Positions 15,401-27,400 of a stretch of DNA of 64,000 nt are shown in pieces. The position numbers and the translations under genes are program-made. The stretch is from Saccostrea cucullata (taxonomy: Eukaryota). The notes beneath the pieces were generated by a model, which saw only the letters and a program-made list of their open reading frames with translations, was not told where the DNA came from and did no database searches. The stretch spans positions 124,001-188,000 of the forward strand of contig NW_026931262.1 in the NCBI RefSeq assembly GCF_032062105.1, written 5' to 3'. Positions within the stretch are counted from its first letter, which is position 1. Each line of letters starts with the position of its first letter.

Positions 15401-18400
15401 AAGTTTCAACAAAATCTGTAGTTCCGTTATTTCTATAGCATGGTATGGATCTTTACCTTAAAGGAATTTCACCAAAATTTCTATTTTTAGTAATCATGGC
15501 AAAACCGTTCATGGAAATCAAAAACTGATGCACTACATTACGTATCATAGTGTATTCTACTTGTGTGCCAAGTTATATTGAAATCAGACCAAATTTGTAG
15601 GAGGAGTAGCGTTTTAGAGGAATTTCACCAAATTTTTTTTTTACTAACCATGGCAACACCGCTCATCGAAATCAAAAACAAATGCACTAAATTATGTATC
15701 TTAGTGTAGTCTACTTGTGTGACAAATTTTATTGAAATCAGACCAAAACTGTAGGAGAAGTAGCATTTTAAAATAATTTCACCAAAATTTCTCTTTCTAG
15801 TAATCAACGCAACACCATTTAATGAAATCAAAAACCTATGCACTAAATGATGTATCTTAATGTAGTCTACGTGTGTGTCAAGTTATATTGAAATCACACC
15901 AAAATTGTAGGAGGAGAAGCGTTTAAAAGGAATTTCACCAAAATTTTTTTTACTAACCATGGCAACACCGCTCATCGAAATCAAAAACCGATGCACTAAA
16001 TTATGTATCTTAGTGTAGTCTACTTGTGTGCCAAGTTATATTGAAATCAGACCATTACTGTTGCAGTAGCGTTTTGAAAAATTGTTTACAGACAGAGGGA
16101 CAGCTCGACAGATGGACGGAAGAAGGAACACCTTACTCTCGCCTAAATAGTAAGTGTTAGTATTTGGAAAAAAAAATTTGGTACTGAAAGAAGTTCTACC
16201 TTATAAACCCCCCCCCCCCTTTCACTGAAATAAGATTTTCATGTTAAGACAATTTTGTTTTTGTTTATTTTGGCTTGTGAACTTTTTTTTTTTTTGTAGG
16301 TTTGAATTTTTTTTTGCTCTTTCACTTACCCCCCCCCCCCACTTTCAATTTGCTTCCCAATGCTTGTTATGTGTGGGTATTTGGCCACTTTGGAGATGCG
16401 CTTTGTCCATAATATGACAAAACTATGTGTGGGAATTTCCCCATGAGATGACTTACTATGTGTGGGTATTAGACCCTTTTGGAGATGAGCTTTGCCCCAT
16501 GAGATGACTTACTAAGTGTGGGTATTAGGCTACTTTGGAGATGAGCTTTGCCCGTGACATGTCTTACTATGTGTGGGTATTTGGCCACTTTAGAGATGAG
16601 TTTTCCCTGTGAGATGTCTTACTATGTGTGGGTATTTCCCCGTGAGATGTCTTACTATGTATGGGTATTAGGCCCCTTTGGAGATGAGCTTTGCCCATGA
16701 GATGACTATCTATGTGTGGGTATTAGGCCCGTTTGGAGATGAGCTTTGCCCGTGAGATGACTTACTATGTGTGGGTATTTCCCTGTGAGATGACTTCAGA
16801 GATGAGCTTTGCCCGTGAGATGACTTACTATGTAGGGGTATTTCCCTGTGAGATGACTTCCTATGTGTGGGTATTTGGCCACTTTGGAGATGAGTTTTGC
16901 CCATGAGATGACTATCTATGTGTGGGTATTAGGCCCCTTTGGAGATGAGTTTTTCCTGTGAGATGACTTACTATGTGTGGATATTTGGCCACTTACTATG
17001 TGTGGGTATTAGGCCCCTTTGGAGATGAGTTTTTCCTGTGAGATGACTTACTATGTGTGGATATTTGGCCACTTACTATGTGTGGGTATTAGGCCCCTTT
17101 GGAGATGAGTTTTGCCCGTAAGATGACTTACTATGTGTGGGTATTTGGCCGCTTACTATGTGTGGGTATTAGGCCCCTTTGGAGATGAGCTTTGCTCATG
17201 AGATGTCTTACTACTTATGTGTATTAGGACCCTTTGGAGATGAGCTTTGCCCCTGAGATGACTTACTATGTGTGGGTATTTCCCTGTGAGATGACTTCCT
17301 ATGTGTGGGTATTAGGCCACTTTGGAGATGAGTTTTGCCCATGAGATGACTATCTATGTGTGGGTATTAGGCCCCTTTAGAGATGAGTTTTTCTTGCGAG
17401 ATGACTTACTATGTGTGGATATTTGGCCACTTATTTTGTGTGGGTATTAGGCCCCTTTGGAGATGAGCTTTGTCCATAATATGACAAAACTATGTGTGGG
17501 TATTTCCCCATGAGATGACTTACTATGTATGGGTATTACGCCCCTTTGGAGATGAGCTCTGCCCCTGAGATGACTTACTATGTGTGGGTATTTCCCTGTG
17601 AGATGACTTCCTATGTGTGGGTATTTCCCTGTGAGATGACTTCCTATGTGTGGGCATTTGGCCACTTTGGAGATGAGTTTTTCCTGTGAGATGACTTACT
17701 ATGTGTGGATATTTGGCCACTTACTATGTGTGGGTATTACGCCCCTTTGGAGATGAGTTTTGCCCGTGAGATGACTTATTATGTGTGGGTATTTGGCCAC
17801 TTACTATGTGTGGGTATTAGGCCCCTTTGGAGATGAGCTTTGCTCATGAGATGTCTTACTACGTATGGGTATTAGGACCCTTTGGAGATGAGCTTTGCCC
17901 CTGAGATGACTTACTATGTTTGGGTATTTCCCTGTGAGATGACTTCCTATGTGTGGGTATTGATATTTGGCCACTTATTTTGTGTGGGTATTAGGCCCCT
18001 TTGGAGATGAGCTTTGTCCATAATATGACAAAACTATGTGTGGGTATTTCCCCATGAGATGACTTACTATGTATGGGTATTAGGCCCCTTTGGAGATGAG
18101 CTTTGCCCCTGAGATGACTTACTATGTGTGGGTATTTCCCTGTGAGATGACTTCCTATGTGTGGGTATTTCCCTGTGAGATGACTTCCTATGTGTGGGTA
18201 TTTCCCTGTGAGAAGAACTTACTATGTGTGGGTATTTTCCTGTGAGATGACTTACTATGTGTGGGTATTTGGCAACTTTAGATATGAGTTTTGCCCTTAA
18301 GACGACTTACTATGTGTGGGTATTTGGCCACTTTAGATATGAGTTTTGCTCGTGAGATGACTTACTATGTGTGGGTATTTGGCCACTTTGGAGATTAGTT

Positions 18401-21400
18401 TTGCTCGTGAGATAACTTACTATGTATGGGTATTTGGCCACTTACTATGTATGGGTATTAGGCCCCTTTGGAGATGAGCTTTGCCCATGAGATGACTTAC
18501 TATGTGTGGGTATTTGGCCACTTTGGAGATGAGTTTTGCCCGTGAGATGAAGTATCTAGACACCTGGTCCAGGTAAGAGGCAGCCTCAGTTTCTACCTGT
18601 CTGGCCTCTCCCATTGTTTCCTCCTGAAATCAAAAATATAAAAACTAGGTCAAAGTTAAGTAGGTCAAAGGTTGTAATTTCACACATTCTAATTCATCAG
18701 TTTTCCTTTTCTTTGAAATTAAATAATAAATTGCTTCATGCACTAACATGCAGTGACTCATTCTAATTTTCACACTGACTATTCTTTCCACCAATTCCAT
18801 TAACTGATGACAATCAGAATACATATTAAATGTATTGTCTATTTTCAATAACTGATTAAAGAGTATCTCTGCATTTTTTACCTGAACTGATACACCAAAG
18901 TTATTTCCATCTTCAATTTTTGGAATCAGGAATGCAATCCACATTTTCAGCTGGAGGGAATGTAATTAAAATATAATTTATAATGATGTCAGAAATTTGT
19001 AAATATATTCAATTCTAAACATACAGTCCATAAAATGTTGAGCAAGCTATAAGTGAATGGTGAGTGAATGCTGAATGAATGCAGAATTGGGTCTGTATAT
19101 TTGTGAGTCAATCTTCCATTATATCTCTGGAAATATAACAGGGGAAGTTGTCCCACTGAGTTTTCTTGATAAAATCCCATACTTATATTACATGTTCTTT
19201 TAATTTCACTCAATATCAAAATGATGCCATATAAATTTTAAACTAATTTTACCAGCAACGCTTGAGCTTGCATTTTCTGACCTAGAATTTCTACATGTAT
19301 ATGCAGGAATCTTGTTATAGCTAAATCCCATTCTCAAGGAGGAAAAATGAGAGTGATTACTAACATTAGGGCTAGAGGTGTGAATATGGGAGTATAGGGT
19401 TTGCATTCTCCCCCTGGAAATTTTCAGATAATGTTGCATTAATTTGTCTGCAGTTTGATAGCTAATCTGGGGGACATTTATGGAACTATCATATATATTT
19501 GTATTTGTAAATAATATATCTTAAAAATTACATGTATGTTAAAGTAGAATTTTCTTTAATAAAGAGAGGAATTTTGACATTTTTTTCAAAGGGGAAAGGT
19601 ACCGTTTACTGGTAGTTAAAACAGAATTAATAAATCCCTGAAACTGGTGGTGACTTCTATACTGTATTGTGTAGATTTATACTAATAATGATCAGCTTTT
19701 GGTTTCAAATTGCTTTTTGTAAAAAATAAATAAGAATTGTGAATAAACATTTATTTCAATATTTATTGAATTTTTTAAAAAAGTTTTCATACGCATTAAA
19801 GATTCCTGCAAGTGCATTTTTAAATACAACATGTATAAATCTTGCCAATTCTTTCAGAACTCATTTGTTTGCTCATTTGCAGATAAATTGCTGACCAGTG
19901 TCACAACTTATACATATCTTACCATATTTGTGTGATCCATCAGGTCTCTTATTAATGGTTTTAACTTCTCTGCTATCACCACTAACTTCTTATTACAAGG
20001 AGCTGGACCATTGGGTAACACCATGACCCTTGTACCTGGCATCAAAACAAAGTAATGCCTAGTGTTCTCTTGATTAACAGATAAGTCAATTATGAAATTA
20101 ATTTTCTGGGGAATGTGATTTTGTGGATCGAAGTCATTTGCACAAAGACTTTGAAATATTTATACAAGAAATATTAAACTATATAGCTATGTGTTAAAGG
20201 TACAAGTATTTTACATTTGACATTTTACCTGAGACATCATTATGGTTGTCATTTTCAATTTTCCTCTTTTTGCCTGCAGGCTGTAATAAAAAGAAATTCA
20301 GGAATGGTAAATATTGTTGCATCAAGATCACTTTATACATGACTTAAACTTAAAGTCTGAAACAACTTGATCAGAACTAAATCATGTCTAATAATTCAGA
20401 ATCAAAAGATAGTCAACTTTAAACCTTCAACATGCAGTCTTACTCAAATACTGAATTCATCTCACTTGTTACACCAAGAAAATAATTTCAATGGTTTGAA
20501 ACAGTGTTTAAAACTCCTGTAATATTGCCTAAACATGTAAAGCAGACTATTAGTTAAAGTTGTCAGCCCTTTCAAAAAGTAAGTTGCCCAAGAAAATAGC
20601 TATCTTAAATAAATTTGTTTTAGCAATAATATGAAAGGGGAAGGAGGAACACCCTGGACTTTGCAGAGTTATTAAATGTATATATTCTAATACACTAAAC
20701 CATGTAAAAGTGAGGTTTGCTCCTCCCCTCCCCCAAAAGGACCCCTTTTCGAAAACATAAATCAATGTTAAGTATAGGAATGTCACCGGGTACTCGATCG
20801 AATGTCCGAGTTTCGAATACTAAAACTGGTACTCGGTTTCTCAGATGTATATTTTTTCTTTATTCCAAAGTACATATATTTATCAAAAACTTATCAAAAT
20901 TAACTTAAATGTGCATTAGATAATTAGAGTGCCGTCGCCTACACCTGTAAAACACCTGTTATCGCCTGTGGCTATGTTACTTCTGCTTCACTAGTGGGGA
21001 CTTTACAAAGGTGGGTGGCAGATTGATTAAAGCATCTACCCAAAAAAAAAATTGTAAATTATGTCTTTTGTGTGTGTGTGTGTGTCTTTTTTAATAAATA
21101 TAATTAGGTAAAATAAATCATTTTCATTGGACTCGGTTGTTTTTAAACATGCACTCAAAATGCAATAAAAAAACATTGATGTTTAACAGAGTTTAACTGG
21201 ATTAAAATAAATTAATGAACATGTATTTACAATTTTACCGAGTACCCAGGTACTCAATTGGAAAATCGTCCAAGTAACCGATTATCAAATATTTACCAAT
21301 TTGACATCCCTAGTTTAGTAGGTTTGAAAAGTCCTTGGTAGGAACAATATTTTATGTATCTTCCATGTAGATCTGCTGTATGTACCATATCTATAAATTG

Positions 21401-24400
21401 TTTGTTGATCTGACACTAACCTCATCTCCTGATGCATTGTTTGTAAATAGGATAGGGTCTGGGCAAGGAATGTTGAGGTCCACATGTATGTCTGCCAGTC
21501 GAGACTTTGTCATGCTCTAAAGTAAAAATATGTGACCTTAACATGAAAAAATATACAAATAAACAAATGTAAATGCAAAATTACTAATACAATATAGAGC
21601 TATTTTCAGGTATGGTCAGGACAGAATTTTTTTCTAAAAGTAATTCTGGTTGAATGATCTATATATAGCTTTTGAGTTTTTTTGAGTTTTGCTTGACACC
21701 CCCCCCCAAAAATGCAAATTCACAGAATTCTAGTTCTCCACTTTCTGATTTGGGGATACAAATATCTATGACACTGTATATTGTACAAAGCTGTGTGTCA
21801 CTTATCAGTCCAACAAGCTGAACTGCTACGGCACATGATATGCCCATCAAATAGCAAAAATATCGATCATAAACAGATGCATGGAAGAAAGTCATATCAA
21901 ATATTAAAATTTCTTCAGGACTGGTAAATGACCTGCATCCCCTAGCTATGCAGTAAATTAATTTTTAAAGATAATAATAGACTTAAACATTATAAGATTA
22001 CTGTAAACCAACTTTTATTTGCGACGACTTTATTTCGCGATTTGCCAGGGGTAAACAAGTTCGCGACGATTAATTTTCGCGATAAAAGCCTATTTAGGCT
22101 TCCTTTTAATAGACACATAGACTGGTTCGCGGCGAGAAATATTCACGATGACGAGGCTCTCACGAACTTCGCGAAAATTTCTTGCACGCGAATAAAAGTT
22201 GGTTTACAGTATAAGAAGTTTCTGAAATGGTCATGGCACAAACACCAAATCTGCAGCTTGTTTATTGTGAAAGAAGAAGAATCCCACTGCTTTGTGGAAA
22301 TGTGAACATAATCAAAATACTAATATGATGGCACTGGCAAAAATTTTGCCTCAGTCTATAATTGGTCAAATCATCTTAATTGAAGGACATAATGACCATA
22401 TTATATATACAATGTGAGAAAAGTTCCATCTACTTTACATGCATATTTATCTGTACAAGTTTGAGTACTCAAAGCAAAATACTTTTCCTGTTATGAGCTA
22501 AACAGGGTTTTAAATGTTTGGCATTATCTTCTTTATTAATTAAAGGTCAAAGTGTCTAAATTTTAACCATCACATTTAAACTGTATACTCAAGATGATCA
22601 GCAGACAAAGTTTGATCATTCTAGGTCTCATACATGTCCATGTAGTCATTAACAAATGTATCAAAATGTTCCATTTTTTAATAAATATGTTCTACCTTCT
22701 GGTGCAAAAGTTAACGCTATGCGATTAACAATTTTTAAAGTCAAAATGTCTCAATAATTAATAAACCTGCATGATAAGATAGAAAACCTTTGGCTGATAA
22801 AAAAAAATACGAACAAAATAATGAAATCAAGTTTGTATAGTTCCTCTACCTGATACAGTTCTTCTAATTCTAATATTTTTGCTGGAAACACATCCTGAAC
22901 TAAGTGATCACCCTGAAAACATAGAAATTTTTAAAATTAGAAGGAAAAAATCTCTTCATTTTACAATGTATGAGGGTTGTCCCAAAAAGTCGTAGACAGG
23001 GGAAAAAGTTTAGCTTCTTTTTGCTAAATTAAATTTCTTTTCTTATCATAGCAAAGAGTAACATTTTATGATCATGCATTTCAAGTTTCATGATAATATC
23101 ACATTTGATAAGAAAATTATGAAAATATAAAGAAAGCATGTAAGTTTACATCAACGCACGAAAGCAAGCGTAATTTAATTTACGTCTCCTATAATGTCAT
23201 GATCTCTTTTTCTGCTACACACGCTGTTCACATCCTAATAATATTTCCTAATGTCCCAGTCGATATATTTAGTCAAAAGATCACCGTGTGGACTTTGTAT
23301 TGTATGTAACAAAAAAACCGTCGTTCGTGGAACAGAACGTTCCCTACTGTCTGCATTTAACAAACAGTACTCCACTTCTTACATGCGGTAACTATTTATC
23401 AGTATATATATGTAGGAAAACACTATCATTGAATTTCAGACCATTTAAAAATAACTTCTCTATAATAATATAGTGTGAAATGTTACTCCTGTACCTTTTT
23501 TCCCATCTCTGGTATATATAACAATATCCAAAACAATTTATCACATCTCTGTGCACCGGTTACGTGTTTGACGACGTCATTTTAATCAAACTCAATTCCA
23601 ACAACACTTTTAAAATCATGACACCAATCGTCTGTTTCTAAAGCTATTCATAGGAAAATTTGACATGATATCAAGATTTTGATTCTGGTTTCACTGATTT
23701 AAATTTGAGTCCAATGTTTTACACAGTGTGAAAGAAATAAAAGCAAATGTAATAGTTATAAGCATAAATTATTCCGAAATTTATTCATGCCCCGACACAG
23801 CATGCTGGCCTTCATATAAATAAATATAATACCAATATAATTAATATGAAGGATATATATATATATCAATTCTAAAGAACATTCAATATATTACATGCAA
23901 GTCTATGCAAAATTTGGTTTGTATTGGTTGCATTTTTAAAAAGCTATAAACATTGTCTACAACTTTTAGGGACAACCCTCTTATATATATCTGTCTTATT
24001 TTACGAATTACAAAGGTTTTTATGCATATGTTAATAAATGTACTATCTAATAATATGTTATCTGATAAAATAGCACCTCTTTTTTGAAGTTGTCCTTGAA
24101 CTCTTTAACCTGAAAAATAGAAGAAGATGAAAAAATTAATGTTCAAAGTCTTAACATAAATGCTTTATAGAGGTTTTATTGAAAAGCAAAGCAATATAAT
24201 ACATGCATATGTAGCAAAGAATGACTGCACTTAAGCTATGAGAGTTGGAACCCGATGCTTTGCGCAAAATAAAATTCCAAAATTCATTAAATTTATGTTT
24301 AATAGGTATTAAACAATGTCTTAAGAGCAGGTTTTGGTGTATTATATTACATGAAAGTATTAAATAATGCCGAGCGACACTATCTTTTGAGACGGGGGTC

Positions 24401-27400
24401 TTACAGTTTTGTCTCATTTCTATTGTTATTCATATGCATACCAGTTTTCAACGACTTTGTTTACATCGAGCCGCAACTTGACCATTTTTCTTATTTGCAC
24501 AGAATGTGTATTTTACTTTAAACCTATACATATCCAAAGGACAATGTTGGTCAAGTTGCGGCTCATATCTAATTTTTTAAAAAATGTACCCAAACTTCGC
24601 TCGAGTTAGCTTCTAAATTAGCAAGTCACCGAGTGTCAGCCCATGTGACCCGTTTGATATTATAATCACTTTTCTCACGTGACATTCAATTGTTCGATAC
24701 GCTTTTATTGTGTCAGTCGTTGGAAAATTCTTTTTATATCTACATGTACTTCCATTTTCAAAACATTTAAGATCACTGTGTACAATTCATTGGCGTTTTA
24801 AAGTTTACGTTGACTTCTTTCACTATAGTGTTTTTGTTCGGAGCATTTAAAAGAAAAGGGGTATTATTTTGCCGATTACATGCTGTACATATAGCAGTGG
24901 GGGATCCAGAAATTTTGAAAACGGGAGCCCGACCAGTTTTAGGTCAGGGTAGGAGCCCACGGTCACACCAAAAAAAAAATAAACTTTTTATTTTATTTTT
25001 CCGTTACTAATTAATTTAGTCCACAATTATTATTCAAGATGATTAAGATAAAGTGAAAATGTCATTTTTTTAAATACACGTTGTAGGTTCGAACACATAA
25101 TTTATAATTATTTAAAGATTTAGTTAATTCGCTGCTTGACAGCAAATACTACATGAGCAGTGAGATTTTAAGTATTACAATTTTAAAAGAACGTTAGCTA
25201 GAGAAAATTATGCAGTGCTTGATAATGTAGAAGCCGAAATTCATTTTCTTTAATGCATTGTCCTTTGTACTCTGAATAAAGATCAAAACTCTTTTGAAAA
25301 TTATCTCTGCCAGTAATCAAATGGCATCTCATTTATGGATTTATTGTGTGTACTTATTTCAGATTATCCTATAGACAGGTTGCAAATTATTTTTCATTTA
25401 CGCTGAGACAGTCCATTATGTTCAGAAAATAAAAATGTATTTCAGTGTCATTTTCATCTACCAATAATTCTTTAAAAAGACACTACAAACCTAAGCGTAC
25501 AAAATGCAGACATATATTTATCACAATTTTGTTTAATTTTATGAACTTTTTGTTTTTCTCTTAATGTTCAGCTCTTTACTTACTTTACTTACTTACGTGG
25601 ATACAAATTAAAGAAATTATATGCATGGTTATAAATCATTTATTTTTTGTACACAATGAACACAAAACCCTCCTCTCCGCCTTTTTCATATATAATGTAA
25701 ATCAAATACGGAAAACCATGTGCTTATGATCCATTTCCATGCGATTTAAATGTCTCCGCCCCTTTGCTGCCACCTTAAAATCGAAAGCGGTCCAGTTCAA
25801 TTTTCCGGAATTTATGGCTTAAACATGTTCTTTTCAACAGGGTTGTATGTAATTATAGAAATATGCATGACGAAAAATTCTAGAAATAAATATCAAAAAC
25901 ATATGCTTGCACATTAATCATAGATTAATTTAGCGATATATTGTAATGTTAAGCTTAAAATGGGTAACCGAAAAGGTTCCAAATAACGTCCTTAAGTGCA
26001 GTCATTCTTTACAATTGTTGATTGTCAGATTCCGGATTGTTAGCTACTTGTTATTAATTTCCCATTTAGCTGTAGCTTATCTTTTAGTAAAAAAGATCAG
26101 TTTATTGCCCTTTGAATTGATTATAGTGATAATTAGTTAATCACAGGTTGTCATTCAATGTATAATTTTATGTATTGCCTCCCCACTTAGAGGAGGTAAA
26201 GTTTTCACTCCCCATTTTCATTGTGGAGGCTCGACAGTTTACTACTGTAGATCACTTAATTTTCGCGAGACCTTATTTTCACGAGAATCAGATAGTCATT
26301 GACTTGTTATTAACGAGACAAAATTTTCACGAATTGTGGTCATTGCCCTATATAATCTTAAGGAATTCAATTATACGCGAGAATGAAATATTCGCGAGCA
26401 TACTGCCTCGCGTAATTACGCGAAAATAAAGTTCTCGCAAATAGAAAGTGATTTACAGTATATAAATGAGCCAATTTTATCATTTGGAGTAGTTGAAGAA
26501 AAGTTGTTATTAGATAAAGTTGCAGCAGTTGTGTTGTTATAATGCTAGTTTTAGAAATCAAAATGGATTTATAGTGGATTGCAGGATTCTAGGATTTTTA
26601 TATATTTCAACTGGATTATTTTTCTAGTGCTGGGATGATATATCGAAATATTGATAATATGATATCGATTCTGCGTGAGGCTGATACAAATATTGATGCA
26701 TATTATGAAGAAATATCGAAATATCACAAAAAAATTCTGATTTCTGTTTTTCTTTGTTTATTTAACATTTGGGGTTTAATATATAAAACAAATAAGCTAA
26801 ATATAAATATAGATATGAAATAAATAATAATTTACACCACATAAGTAAAATATTTTGTTTTTACAACATAAAAACAACTCTTTTGAATAAATTATTCATA
26901 TTCGCAAAGAAATTTTTTTGTGTTTATTTCAATGCAAAAAAAGATTTTATAACCAATTTAACAAATCAATATGATACGTATCGTGGCTCAAATATCATGA
27001 GTATTCAATGTAGAAAAAGTTGTATAGTCCCAGCCCTGTATTTTACCATTGTTTCTAATGTGGACTTTGTGTGCAAGCGTGTAAATATTGTGTGTAGATA
27101 TATATGTAAATAAATAAGTGAACTTTTATATGGACTTATTAATTATGCAGCACAATATTGAGGAAAGATGAAAATCTAAGGAAAGAACCAATCGGACAAT
27201 AAAAGTGTAGTCCCTCGGTAGTGTGAGCGGACTGCCCCGCAGCTCGGCCTATGCTACGTATACATCCTCAAGGCTTTAAGCAGGACAGTAAAATTGAAAC
27301 AGAAAATGTTTAATCATGAACAGACAGTTTCTTCATAAGATTAATTTATAGATAGATTTGTAGATAGTTGAAGTACATTATGTTTTACAGCTGCAGATCA

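Noticed and set aside
16710-17720. ORFs containing KYPHI repeats
   Set aside because: By-products of the exon-derived minisatellite, not separate genes.
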